NCBI RefSeq assembly: GCF_016432865.1
Contig: NC_067400.1
Location: forward strand, 480,004,001-480,068,000
DNA length: 64,000 nucleotides
DNA from: Antechinus flavipes
Lineage: Eukaryota
Direction of reading: 5' to 3'
The translations under genes were made by a program, and so were the position numbers. Under the pieces are notes generated by a model. The model did no database searches. It was not told the origin of the DNA and saw only the letters and a program-made list of their open reading frames with translations. Each line of letters opens with the position of its first letter. The first letter of the stretch is position 1. Positions 45,801-60,210 of the stretch are shown here, one piece after another.

Positions 45801-47847
45801 AGCAGAGGAAATGCTTAATAAAACGCTTACAGATGGATTGATTATTTCATCATGAATTTTACTCAGGGCCCCAGATTTAGTCAACAAACATTATTAAGTG
45901 CCTTCTATAAGCTAAGCACTGTGCCAAACATTGGGGATACAATTATGAAAGACAGTTCCTGCCCTCAAGGAGCTTACAGTCTAATTGGGCAAGATACAAT
46001 CGTTCATCACCAAAGAAGAACATCTGGAAAAATTTACCCGACACAGCAAGGGTTAACCATAGGTAGTTAAAACCTATGAACAACTTCTCAGAATAATGTT
46101 TTAAAGTAATCAATTGCTAAAAATAATAGCATTTATACTTTAAGGTTTTCAAAGCATGTTACAAATATTTTTATTCTAATCAAAGGAAATAAATAATAAA
46201 TTTCATTTAGAGGTTTTAAAGTAAATATGGCTCTTTCCCCTTTTCCCAAATCTAAATCCACAGATGCCAACACCCTGCTCTATAGTAATCATTCTCAAGC
46301 TTCATGGCACAGTATTTTTTACTGTTAGGAATTGAGGCACTCTCACTACAGGAAGGTTAGCAGACTCATGAATACAATTAAGCAATTGTAAATATTAAGT
46401 TCTATTTAAGAACACTGTGTTGGATGAAATATGAAATGATTAAGGAAACAAGGGTTCAATCTTCTAAGCACATCAATTAATAATTTATTAATAATTAATG
46501 TCAATTGCCCCATAAACCCATATCAGACCTCCTTAACTTAGGCTTGGTTCTTAAATACAAGGGAAGATAATTTTTTTACGGAATAAAATAAGTTAAAACA
46601 AACAGTACATTAGACTATGATGATTTCTAATTGGAGGAAAGATTAGAAATTTTCCAAGCTGGGATGGATAAAGTAGAGTGAACAGATGTAATTCCTTGAA
46701 TTCAGCAAAAAGGGGTGTCCTATTCCACTTAAGAGTCTGTGAATTATCAAGGGAACATGGAAACAGTAAATGACAGATCAGTATTAGGCCAATTTTCAAG
46801 AAAAGTTGCTTGAGATGTACAATGTGAGAAAACTTTTTGTGTCAATCTTTGGATCTGATTGGGTCAGCATAACCCAAGTCCTTATTAAGGATCTATAAAC
46901 AGCAGGTAGAAGTCATCTAGTTTCTCAATGTACAAAGGGCTGGGTTCAAACAATGCACTTGCCACAAGTGAATAAAGTTTTTTCACAAGACAGACACTGG
47001 ACTAGACCCATGATAAAATAGAAAAGGAACTGAGCAAATCCAGAACTGAGTTGCAAGGTGGAATCATTATGATTCCTCAATTCCACAATTAACCACTTCC
47101 ACACTTAGCACGGAAATCCCTCACCAATTTTGAACCCTGTGTGATCTGTTTTCTCCTTCATGACAACGGAAACATTTGGCTGTTTTTTGCTTTACCTGAT
47201 ATTAATTCAAAAGGTAAAATGAGATTTCTCTATTCTAATTGTTGGGGAATCTTTTTTTTTTTTTTATCATTTTGAGGTGCACAAGAGATATTATTGAGAG
47301 CTTTTAAGTTAGTGTTCCAGTTAACCAAATTTTAGAAAAATCAAGAAACAAACAACACAATAGGATCTTGTATTCTCCATGTCTTTCTGTCAATTTTATG
47401 GTTGCTAGATCTGTCTTTGGGAAATTGCAAAGTTTTTATTGACCCTAAACTTCCCTCCAAATAAAAGCCTCTGTTTTTAATACCAATATATTTACCAGTA
47501 TGACTATGTCTCTAAGATATGCAACCCAAGTATCAAACTCAGAAAGCAATGGAAAGTAGCATGGCAGGTGCAAATAAGCTCCAACACATTAATAAACAAT
47601 TACTAAGAAATATGTGAGCAAAAAGTAAGGTGGGGCTATAGCATATGAGGTGATTCATTGGTTATCCTGTGTTCTTCAATGGTGTTCTCACATTGAGAGG
47701 AAATTGACAATAGGGAAATTCTGATAGATTACAATCTACATCAAATAGAATGAGATCAAATATGCATTTGAGTATAAGAAGTAATAATTTCAATTCTGAA
47801 TGCTATTTAGTTTGAGACAATGATGGGACACCCCTGTAGATATATAT

Positions 47848-47853
47848 ACACAC

Positions 47854-47890
<37 letters not shown>
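47848..47890 (+). repeat. (CA)n microsatellite
   Basis: Near-perfect run. Confidence 0.9.
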
Positions 47891-47892
<2 letters not shown>

Positions 47893-49328
47893 ATTATCTA
47901 GCACAATATAATGATTTGGAAATTATTTGAATAGACAAAAAAAAAGTATGAAACAGGCAAGAGTCACAAGAGAGTAAGTGTAGAGAGATGGGTGAGGGAT
48001 CAAGTTTTGCCAAACACTGGCACTTAAGGTTTAGGAGGAAGTTAGTGCTTTAGCAAAGACTGGAAGGAATGGTCAGACATTAGGATAACCAGGAGACATG
48101 TCATAAAAGCCAAGGATGTAAAGAATATCTTTGAGGGGGGGAAAAAAGGGAGAATAATGTTAAAAGCTATTTTGAGGCCAAGAAAAACAGTCTCACTTCT
48201 TATTAAGTCATCAGCACCTATGAGATCACTTTCAGAATGTGTTTTCAGTATATCATAGGGATCAGAAGCCAGAGTATTAGAAATAAAGGTAACTAAAGAC
48301 ATATAATTAGAACTTCTATCAATAGAAGAGGGAAGAGAAATAGGAAGTAGCAATGTACAGTCCCTGTTTAAGGGTAGATGAGGATCTGAGTATGTTTACC
48401 TTTTCTTTGCTATTTACAGATAGGGAAATTAAAAACACCATTATTTAGCACTCATATTAACACATACTATGTGCCAGGCACTGTGATAACTACTTTACCA
48501 ATAATATTACATTTGATCCTCCCAACAAATCTGAAAAGTAGGTGGTGTTATTGTCTATTTTACACTTGGGAAAACTGAGGCAAATTAACATTAAGTGACT
48601 TCCAATGCAACATTGGAAGCCATATGAGGCTGGATTTGTATTCAAGTTTTCCTGACTGCAGGCCCAGTGCTTTATCTACTGCTTCATCTAACTGATTGGA
48701 AGAGGGGAATGATTGATATAGCTATAATCCAGGAGAAGATATGGTCAAGTACACAAATAGAAATGTTAGCTTTTGACAATAGGAAAGGCTACTTCTACAA
48801 AGACTGAAGAAGCAGGAAATGGATTAAAAGATCTGAAGGAAGAGAGATATTGATAGGCTTGGTTCTTCTAGTGAAAGTAGAGGAAAGGTTATCATTTAAA
48901 GAGGATTTGGGGATGGATTAGACATTTGAGCAAGGTTTTCAAACAATCTTCAAATTGAAGTTACAATAATATTTGTCTTCTGTCCCCCAACTTCCTATCA
49001 TATTTTTAATAAACTTTTGACATTTATATTCCAAAAGAATCTGGAGTAGCATTTAAACAGTTGCTTCTAATATGCATTATATAAATGCTATGATCTAAAA
49101 ATAAGTATATAATATTATCTATGAACATTGTACATCAACCCCCCCCATCACCGTCTTGCATTACAAGTGAAATATAGCTACTCAAAGCTAGTCAGAGGGA
49201 TTATGAAATTTTAAATAACAAAGGGACAGTGTAGCAAAAAGATTTAGAATTGAATGATTGGGGGGAGGGGAGAGGGAGAAGGGATGATGTAAGTCAGAAG
49301 AACCTTAGTTCCTGAGTTCAAATCTGGT

Positions 49329-49611
49329 CTCAGACACAACACTTCCTAGCTGTGTGATCCTGAGCAAGTCATTTAACCCCAATTGCCTCAACACAAAAAT
49401 AAATTTTAAAAAATCGAATGATCACAGTAGAAGTCCTGGCACTGATGACTTTTAGCTGTGTTTTAGGTTGCTCAGACACAACACTTCCTAGCTGTGTGAT
49501 CCTGAGCAAGTCATTTAACCCCAATTGCCTCAACACAAAAATAATTTTAAAAAATTGAATGATCACAGTAGAAGTCCTGGCACTGATGACTTTTAGCTGT
49601 GTTTTAGGTTG
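49329..49611 (+). repeat. 142-bp tandem duplication (SINE 3' half plus flank)
   Basis: Units start at 49329 and 49471 and differ by one indel and one CpG-to-TpG change. Confidence 0.95.
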
Positions 49612-50589
49612 CCTATACTCTGCATGTTTTCTCATTTCTAAAACATGGATAATAATACTTGAATTATTGAGAGTTGTGAAAAAAGCACTGTACCTATATC
49701 AAACTGACATAAAAGTTTGAGGAAATTTCTAACATTTTCTATGGCAAAACTTCTGTAGAATATGATTATAATCTGCTCATAGCTTCTTGTACTGTGTGAT
49801 TCTTGTTTAAATCCTTCTATAAATTTGCCATAAGGGATCAACAGATATGTTCAGGCTACTTGGTAAGTCTTTTTTTTTTTTTTTTTTTTTTTTTTTTGGT
49901 TAAGCATAGTAAGCCACAATAAGCTTGTTGATTATGCTGGTATGGCACACAGCTTCATGATTAAGTAACTCCCATTCTTAATTTTTTATGCCATTAAATT
50001 CCATCTATTAGATTGTGATAAATCATGACAATACTCAATACTATGTCATAGGATAGAAAAGGGCAAGTTCTGCTTCATTTTAAACCTCACAAATTACAAA
50101 TTGAACACAAAAGAGAAGGCAAACAAGAGACAAAGACAGCAAAGAAGCCACTACAAGTATTTGATCAGCTCACATTAGTATCGGCACCTTTTCCACCTAT
50201 GCAAATGACAATACTTAAGGTCTTTTCTGTCCTAGGTTAGTGAAAAGAGCCATGATTTTTCAGTAACAAGAATTAGGTTTGAATCACACTGTCACTAACT
50301 AGCTGTATGATCATTTGTATATAAGTCACTGTCCCTTGTGAAACAGTTTCCAGATCCTTAAAATGGAAAATAACAGGAAGATTCTTCTTCCTGACTTCAA
50401 ATCTGGACTCACTCACTTGCTTGGGTGATCCTAATTCATTTAATACTGTTTACCCAGTTCCTCCTCTGTAAAATGAGCTGGAGGACATAGCAAAGCACTC
50501 TAGTATCTTTGCCAAGAAAACCCCAAATGGGATCATGAAGTAGAACTGAAAAGCACTATGTAAATGTCAACTATTTTATTAACAAATGT

Positions 50590-51110
50590 TCTTCATGAAT
50601 TCATTGCTTCCATTTGAACTGTCTTAAGAAGAACCTGAAGATGACCTGCCAACCATTCCAACTATACTGCAGAGAGTGCAATTCTGTTGGGGTAGCCACA
50701 TTGTTCAAATAGCAAATGTATGCTTGCCAAAAAGCTTATTTTATGGAGAATTCACACGGGCCAAGTGCTCACGAGGTACTCAGAGAAAGTCACAAGGACA
50801 CTGAAGGTCTCTAGATTTTTAGTACTGTAATGACAAGGGGACACACTGGCACAGGACTTCCCAGCATGGTGTGCCCTCATCAGAGAAAATGTTGTGTTCC
50901 ATGAGCAAAGCAGAACTGAATTAGCCCTCCTCCCACAAAATGCAACATGTGCAGAATCGGAGAAGCTACTCCGAATGTTCACATAGATTATTTGTCTGTG
51001 ACCTGGGGTTGAGCATTCTGAGTTTGAATGATTGAGCTGATCAGCCACACTATATAACTTGACTAACACAGTAATGTCATTTCTCTTCAAGAATGATGGA
51101 CAACCAACTG
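50590..51110 (+). mobile_element. RTE-clade LINE 3' fragment
   Basis: ttgccaaaaagcttattttatggagaattcaca...gcatggtgtgccctcatcagagaa...gctgatcagccac. Confidence 0.7.
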
Positions 51111-52619
51111 ACTATTGCTACCTCTGTGAAGTTGAGCAAGTCATTTAACTACAGGGACCTAATTTTTCTTGGCTACTAAACCTATGATCCTAAAAATAAA
51201 AAAACTAATGTTTAACACTTTATGGTTCTCAAAGCATTTTCATAGACTAATTATTACATTTTTCTCATAGGAATTCTAGACCTCTAACTGTATCATAAAG
51301 CATCAGTCATCAAAACGACTTGGTATTGCTTACAAAATAGAAAAGATCAATGAAACAAATTAGACAAGATTTAAAAGATATAATGGAACCAAAAACCCAA
51401 TGTGTTAGATGAACCTGAAAATATAACTTAGGAAGAACTCTTTTTGTTAAGAATTTCTGGGAAAACTGGTAGTTTGCATACTAGATAATTTTCCATACCA
51501 TGCTGCCACCCTCTCACCTAAAAAAAAAAAAATCCAACAAAACCCCCTTCTTTTACAACAAATTCTAAGGAAAGGAATTCTTATCTCCATTTTGAAGATG
51601 AAATAACTGAAGGCCAGAAAAATAGCAATCTTTCCCATTAGTTATATAGAGGAACTAAGTTGCAGAGATTGATCATGAACATTGGTCTTGATTCCACGGC
51701 CTTTTTTCCTCCATACCATGGCTTGTTCACTCAGTCAACAAGCAAGCATTTATCAAGTTCCTACTATGTTAGGCAAGTTATGTTAAGAGCCAGTATTCAA
51801 GTCTTGTTGCTTTCTAATTCTATAATAATAGCTGACATGTACATAGCACTTTGGTTTAATGTTGCAAAGCACTTTAAATACATTAATTTGAGACATATCA
51901 GCTTAGTAAGGTAGATAATTATAAATGAAGAAGAGAGGTTGAGTGACTTGGCCAGGGTCACAGATGTAATACTAGGTTTTAGCATAGGTCTTCTAGACTC
52001 CTCTATTTCACCTTCAACAGCATAAATTCCCATAGCAAACTATCGTTATGTAAAATGTTATTTTAACATCTCAAAATCACATTAATTTTCTTTGATTCAG
52101 GAGGCAATACTGCAGGGAAAAAAAAAAAAAAAAAACTTCCTGGCACATGTTAAGTGCTTAATAAATGTTGACTGATAGCTAATCTTTTTGGTGTCAGTAA
52201 ATTATACAAAGCTATCTGGGAAAGAGTGAGCATAAACAAAGTAAATGGTAGGGAGGTTTTGAGTTTGCTTGTGGGGAAGATTTGGGTAATTTGAAGACCT
52301 GAATATAGCATATTGTCTCTCTAAGACGGAGTTTCTTGAGAGGATTGAACTACATTTTGCCTTTGTTTGGGTATTTTAGTACTTTGCAAAGTGCCTGGCA
52401 CATAGCAAGCATTAAATGTTTATTGGCTGAATAACTAGAGCATTAAGAGGCAAATCCTGTTTTTTATTGTTCCAAAATGTCTCCCTTTCTTTGGGAAAGG
52501 AAAATGTCAATTAAAGAATCTGAGTTAACTACATAGAATTCCCAATCCCTCTATTTTTGATTTCCTTCACAGGCTAATTGTACACTATTTCAAAGTCCGA
52601 CTCGTTTTGTACAGCAAAA

Positions 52620-52830
52620 TAACTGTTTGGACATGTATACATATATTGTATTTAACTTATACTTTAACATATTTAACATGTATTGATCAACCTGCCATCC
52701 GGGGGAAGGGGTGAGGGGAAAGAAGAAAAAAAGTTGGAACAAAAGGATTTGCAACTGTCAATGCTGAAAAATTACCTATGCATATATCTTGTAAATAAAA
52801 AGCAATTAAAAAAAAATGAAGGTCAAAAAA
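52620..52830 (+). mobile_element. L1 extreme 3' end with poly(A)
   Basis: The reverse complement matches the 976-1120 and 57924-58080 L1 3'UTR ends; aataaaa plus an A tail. Confidence 0.75.
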
Positions 52831-53923
52831 AAAAAATCTGGATTAAAGCTTTGTTTCAATTTACATCTTACCCTAGCTTTATCTTGTGGGCAGATGTTTA
52901 CATTCAATTCAACTCAACATTTATTAAGCACCTGCTACTTACAAAATCTCATCCTCAGTGGAAAAAACTGTTAAAGAGGGAAGGGAAGTTCAAAAATAAG
53001 TGGGTGCTGGAGGCAACAAAGGTTTTTCTCCTGGCTTTTAACATCCATTTTAGACAATAAAATCTCAAAAAATCTGTTCCTTTTTTATAGGGAGTTGCTG
53101 TCTTTAAATCGTGAAACCACTAAGACCCCAGAGACTTCGTTTCTTTCAATAACACTTTCTCACTTTTCCCTCTCAGTCCCCTGAGGCTGCCTCAGCCTCA
53201 GTTCCAAAAGACAATTAGAGCCAAAGGACCAATGCCCTGGCTGGTATTGCCTGGCGCTGTTAAAAGCGTTTCCCTGTCAGATAAAGCAAGCAGTTAACTG
53301 GGGCTAAAGGCGGGGATAAAGCAACCAGCTTAAGGCCATACAAATAATAGGAGGAGACGGGAGGACCAATGGTCTCTACTCTCCCCAAGCTGCCTCTCCC
53401 GGTCTTAGCTGGCAGCAACAGAACCCAAGAAAGAAGCCAGAAGTACCAGAATCAAAAATTTAGAAGGGAAGGGAGGGGCCTCACAAACTATCTAATTCAA
53501 GCGCATCATTTTACAGATGAGGAACCTGCGGCCCAAGAAGGAGAAGCGATTTGACCAGTTACATTGCCAATTTGTTATTGGCTACAAAATTGATCACACA
53601 CACAAAAATACAAAATTCCAAGTCTAGTGTCATCCCTCCTCTCACCTAAAAAAAAGACCCCAACCCTTACAACAAATCAAAATCCCAGGGTCGTGAGTTC
53701 CAATCCAGCATCCTTCCGGCTGCACCACGACCGCCTCTTCCCTGCGGAGCGATTCTATTTAATAAGCCCTTCGGAGATTTCTGGTCCAAGGCCAGTCTCG
53801 GAGAGGAGGGGGCTTTATTCTGAAGACGCCAGGGGAAACGTAAAAGGAAACCTCAAGGTCCCAAGGAAGAAACTTAATCCTGTCTCTGCCCGACCCAGAC
53901 CTTTCTCGAGAATAGTTTCTCAC

Positions 53924-54290
53924 CAGTTCCCAGCGGCTGTCCAGTAAGTACCAACCAGCCTTCTTGAACGAAGTCGCCGTTAGGGTGGAGCCAACCACCC
54001 CGGCGCAAGCGCACTTTTAGGCCACGCTCTCAATAGCCGTTAACCGTCCTACGGGGTTTAAACAGGATGTGGAACCCGCTCTAACTTCCTTCTAATTCTC
54101 CGCCCTTTTCCCAAAACCATTGGTTGTGTGTCTGAGTCATCTTCGAATCTCCTTCCTATTGGTTTATCTCCCCTCTACGCCCGCCCCAGAGCCCCGCTAG
54201 GATCCCTGGGAACGCCGTTTCTGGGGACACGTGATCTCTTGCCGCGCGGCCCTGGGACCGGCTGGTCGTCTTTCTAGTGAGTCTGGGAGA
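53924..54290. promoter_or_regulatory. HYLS1: CpG-island promoter; probable HYLS1 exon 1 (minus, ends 53924) and candidate plus-strand leader exon (about 54236-54276)
   Basis: CpG-rich; minus-strand donor CTG|GTGAGA at 53923; ATTGG (CCAAT) at 54119 and 54158; GC boxes near 54098 and 54180; TGAGTCA at 54133; CACGTG at 54228; plus-strand donor CTA|GTGAGT at 54277. The position matches the recalled human HYLS1 layout. Confidence 0.65.
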
Positions 54291-55019
54291 GGGTTCGTTG
54301 GAAATGGAAATGGGGGGCGTTGGGGTGCCGAGAAGCCCACCTAGATCGCAGATTCATGCCTCCCTCAGCCGCCAGGGATGGTTCTTCTTCACTCCTCAGG
54401 CAGGGTGGTGATCTAGGCCCAAACAGCCCTCGGCCCGGAGACGGGGACGGGGGTGGGATGGGGTGGGGTGAGGGGCATTGTGAGTAAATGGACGATAACC
54501 AGACCTCCTTTTTGTAGGTAAAGGGACTGAGACCCAGAGGAATAAAGTGACGTGGCCAAACACACACAGCTTTTGAGACGGAGTCTCTGATCCAATAGTC
54601 GAGTAAATTTCCCATTCTATCTCAAGTAAGTTCAAATATTTAAATAATTGAAGTCCTTCCCTTCTCCCATCCGATTTATAGTGTAGTGGTATTAACTCGT
54701 GAATTTATTTTCCCTCCCGAGTTTTAGCTTCCACAATCTTAAGCAACATATTAAGCACTCTATCTCAACTACTATTCTGGGTCATGGCCATACAGAAACA
54801 AAAAGCCGAAAGTACCTAATTCTAAAAAAAACTTTGTCAAATACTCAAAAAAAAGTTAAGCCAGTAGATCAGTCTTACACCCAGTCCCAGAATTTGTGTG
54901 GCATTTTAAAGCTTAGATATACGTAGAGTAAATAATTAAGTTTTAAGATAGTCGTTGGGAAAAGGCTTTTGTAAACGGTGGTAGTAGCCCAGAGTCCTGG
55001 AAGAAAGTGGGAATTCTGA

Positions 55020-56480
55020 AAAGGGAGAAGTGAGTACATGCCAGGAATATGGGAAAAGTGTGAAGGAGTGATGGGGGTATGAGAAATAGCTCTGTGCTAG
55101 CTCTTAAAAGGCTACTGGAGGAGAAAGGGGAATGAGTATAATGAGAAGGGGATAATAAAGCTCAAAGATTGTGAAGGATTTTAAATAAGGGAGTTTTTAT
55201 CAGAGCCACTGGAATATGGGTAGGGCAGTGAAATGATCAAAGGAGGAAAATCACTTTGGCAATTTTGTCAGTGAATGACCAAAGTGAAGAAGGTAGAATA
55301 AAGTTACCTAAAATAATGAGAATAAACCTTTATGTGGCATTTAAAGGGACAGATAGGTGATGTAATGGATGGATTACTGGGCCTGAAATTAGGAAGACTC
55401 CTCTTTATTAGTTCAAATCTGGTCTCAAACACTGTGACTGTGAGCAAGTCACTTAATACTGTTTGCCTCAGCATCTCATGTGCTAATGAGCTGGTGAAGG
55501 AAATGGCAAACCATTCCCCAAATGATGTCACAAAGAAGTGGACACAACAATAACAAAGCACTTTAGAATTTGTCTTTGTTTAGAGGTTATTACAATGATC
55601 CATGAAAGGTGATTAAGTCCTAAAGTAAGATGAAGCATTTATGAATAAAAAAAGGTGGCAACATGCCAGAGAAATTTGGGAGGTTGAAACAGGCTTTCTG
55701 TTTGATTGGACATAGATTTGGGAAAGTGAAACATTGAGACAATGTCAGATTTAGGGTCTTGGGAACCATGAAGTCTTGTGCTATTCACAGAAACGGAGGG
55801 ATGAGAACTTAAATTTATAGTTTGCTGGTTAAGTAGATCTGAATTAACTGCATAAAAGGTACTAATTAAACCTGACCCAGAGAGATGTGAAGAGAAGAAG
55901 CATACATACAGCATTGTCAAATGCAGCTAAAAGGTCAGGAAGGCTGAAAAGTGAGAAAACGCCATTAAATTTGGCAGCGAAGATATCACCGATATCTTTG
56001 GACAGAGTGCTTTCAGTTGAGTGAAGTTGGAAGCCATTGTGAGCTTTTTTCTGGAATGGGGATGGGAATGGGGAAGAAAAGGTGATAGTCTTTTTGGGGG
56101 GAAGGGGATAGAATCTAGTGAAACTTCATTTTGGTTGAGGAAGTTGATTTAAGTGATTTGCCCAGGGTCAAAAAGCTAGTAAGTGTCTGAGGCTGGATTT
56201 GCACTCAAATCCTTCTGATACCAGGACTATCTAGCTAAACTTTTATAAGAATGTAAAAACTTGAGTATATTTTGACAGCTTCATTGAAGGAATCAGCAGT
56301 TAGGGTTAAAAAGATTAGGAGATGATTAAAGTTAGTGATCTGAAAAAGGAAGTAAATCAGTCAAGGGCACACATAAAGGGATTAGCCTTAGCTAGAAGAC
56401 CTGTCTTTTCATTAAGGGGGAAAAAAGGGGTTTTGAGACAGAGAAAAGGGAAAAGAGAGAGCTCATATCCAGTGACCTCA
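55020..56480 (+). mobile_element. L2 relics with a MIR/MAR1-type SINE (about 55330-55560) between the HYLS1 promoter and RPS4
   Basis: ggagaggtcaggaag-type L2 motifs and gtcacttaa...gaaatggcaaaccattcc. Confidence 0.55.
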
Positions 56481-56637
56481 GTTTTCTAAGTAAGAGATCC
56501 ATTTTTCAGCTAAGAAGGTTAGAAATATGAGCAAGTTTAGAATGTCCTCTCTGGGGAGTAAAATAGTCATATAGAGAGGTACACGAAACTATTTAAAATG
56601 TGTAAGTTGCAAAGAGGAAATAAAAAGGAATTATTAG

Positions 56638-57507
<870 letters not shown>

Positions 57508-57923
57508 ATGATTGCAGATAAGAATATGTAGGGTTTCATTCAAATTGAGATGTTACAATACCATTTGTAACCAAAAATGTGATTACCCTATAAAAATATA
57601 CCAAATAAGAAATAAGTAGCTTAAATTACTCAGTCTTATAAAGTGAAATTGAGTAAGCCATAAATGCCTTTCTCTACTTTTCCTTGGATGAGGGTACTGT
57701 GACTATAAATGTTGCATAAAATGTTAGAACATGTACTATGACTATAAATGTTAAAACATAGAGCTGTGTTGGTTTTACTTAACTGCTTTTCTTACTTGGG
57801 AAGACTCACTGGAGGATGGGGAGAGGACATCTCAAAATGGCTGATGTAAAATCAAAAATCAATAAAACTTAAAGAAAAAATTTTGGATTGTTTTATATAT
57901 AAGCATCTGCTAAGATGAATTTT

Positions 57924-58862
57924 AAAAAAAATTTTTTATTATAGCTTTTTACTTACAAGATATATGAATGGGTAATTTTTCAGCATTGACAGTTGCAAAA
58001 CCTTTTGTTCCAAGTTTTCCCCTCCCCCAGATGTAAGGTAGACCAATACATGTTAAATATGTTAAAGTATATGTTAAATACTATATATATACACATACAT
58101 GTTTATATAGTTTTGCTGCACAAAAAGAATTGTACTTTGAAATAGTGTACAATTAACCTGTGAAAGAAATCAGAAATGCAGGCAGAAAAAAATAGAGGGA
58201 TTGCGGGTTCTATGTGATGCTTCACACTCATTTCCCTGAGTTCTTTTGCTGCGTTGTAGCTAGTTCAATTCATTACTGTTCAATTGGAGCTGATTTGTTT
58301 CATCTCATTGTTGAAGAGGGCCACGTCCTAGAATTGATCATCATATAGTATTGAAGTATATAATGATCTGGTCCTACTCATTTCACTCAACATCAGTTCA
58401 TGTAACTCCAGGTCTTTTTGAAATCATCCTGCTGGTCATTTCTTACATCACAGTAATATTCCATAACATTCATATACCACAATTTATTCAGCCATTCTCC
58501 AATTGAGGGGCATCCATTCAGTTTCTAGTTTCTGACCACTACAAAGAGGGTTGCCCCAAACATTTTTGCACATATAGGTCTCTTTCCCTTAAGACCTCTT
58601 TGGGATATAAACCTAGTAGTAACACTGCTGGATCAAAGGGTATGTATACTTTGATAACTTTTTGAGCATAGTTCAAATCACTCTCCAGAATGGCTGGATT
58701 TGTTCACAATTCCACCAACAATGTATCAGTGTCCCAGTTTTTTCCCACAGCCCCTCCAACATTTGGCATTCTCTCCCTGTCATTCTAGCCAATCTGGTAG
58801 GTGTGTAGTGGTATCTCAGAGTTGTCTTAATTTGCATTTCTCTGATTAATGACTTGGAGCAT
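57924..58862 (-). mobile_element. 5'-truncated L1 with a 14-bp TSD, just downstream of the RPS4 retrogene
   Basis: ORF2 tail remnant (SKSLIREMQIKTTLRYHYTP) and the same 3'UTR family as 976-2036. TSD ctaagatgaatttt at 57910-57923 and 58863-58876. Confidence 0.92.
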
Positions 58863-59370
58863 CTAAGATGAATTTTTTTATAATTTATATAGCACATTTA
58901 CATTATCTCTTTTGATATAGTACATGTACACATTACAAATGAATATGAAACTGAGAAATTAAGTGACTTTGCAGAATCTTAGGAATTGCAAGAGACTTCA
59001 GAGTCAATCACTTCCAATCTGAACAAGAATCTGCTACAAAAGTATGCCAGATAAATGGTTCTTAAAAGGTTCCCAGATGTTATAGACTGGCATGATTGCC
59101 AATTATTATGAAGTCTTAAGCACATGTGGGTTTTTGTCCATCTTTGATTTTCATAGATTGAAGCTATGAAGCTGGTAACTTGTTTATAGTTTTATAAGGA
59201 TTTGTCCCCATACATAGACTGGAAAGAAAAGCCAGAGCTTCATAGTCTCCTGGTCAAAGGAAACTAATTGCCCTTTAGGGAGAAAACCTATTCTTTCCTC
59301 ATTGGTTGTACCTCTTTATGAGAAGAAAGTCAATTCACTGATTTTGTTAAACTTAAGTGACTAAAGAGCT

Positions 59371-59760
59371 TGCAGGGGTTGAATACCAACTGTTAACTGA
59401 AAAATAGAATCGGAGTCCACAGAAGGTTCGTTGTAGGCAAAAAGCCACCTTTATTCTGTGAGAGAAACCAGAAGTATATACTAGGATCTCTCTAGGAGAC
59501 CCCATGCTGTGAGGCTAAGCCTTGATACCTATAGTAGTGGTGACGGAGCAACAGTGAGGCAAGTTTGATTCATAGTAGTGCTTTGATTTGAACCTGGTTC
59601 CTGTAGGTCCTTGTCTGTACTCGGACTACTTGAAGCTGGTGTAAACCAGTCTGTAATTTAAATGCGTCAGAGTTCATCTATAAAAGTGAGCTCAGAGCAC
59701 AGCTTGCTTGCTAGGCTAACGCCCAGTAGTAGCTCTGGAAAACGGTATCTCCTAATAATA
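59371..59760 (-). mobile_element. Probable solo ERV LTR
   Basis: Starts tgcaggggttgaata (CA end on the minus strand); minus-strand AATAAA near 59450. The other boundary is uncertain. Confidence 0.4.
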
Positions 59761-59992
59761 AAAAGAGAAATGAGGGGGAAAAAAGTGGTATTGGCATGGA
59801 GATCCAGACAATCTGGACTTCTGTTTATTTAATCTTAATAGAAATTATATCTAATCATTTTTCACATTTTCCAAAAAGAAAGATCCTTAACTAAGAAGTG
59901 AAGGTATTTTAAAACACTGAAGTTCCTTTCCTTCATCTCCACCTAAGTTTCCAACAATATGACCTATAAAATGAGAAGATTGGACTATATAA

Positions 59993-60210
59993 GAAGTGTT
60001 AGACATGCAGCCTGAAGGCCATATGTGACCCAAAACACTTCTGAATGTGACCAGAATCAGATTAAAATATAGTTCCTATCTGATTTTAATATATTTATAG
60101 ATTAATAAAGAATTATATAAAGATGAATTTCTAAGTCAATATGTGACCCACAGGGATCCTCATGTATGATTTAGTAGCCCTTGTTTTCAATTGAATTTGA
60201 CATTATCTTA
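59993..60210. mobile_element. hAT/Charlie-type non-autonomous DNA transposon relic
   Basis: Ends resemble (c)agtgtt.gacatgcagcc...ggcc and gaatttgaca; AT-rich centre. Confidence 0.5.

Noticed and set aside
49801-49870. Plus-strand consensus donor TTG|GTAAGT at 49863
   Set aside because: No matching acceptor or host transcript could be supported.
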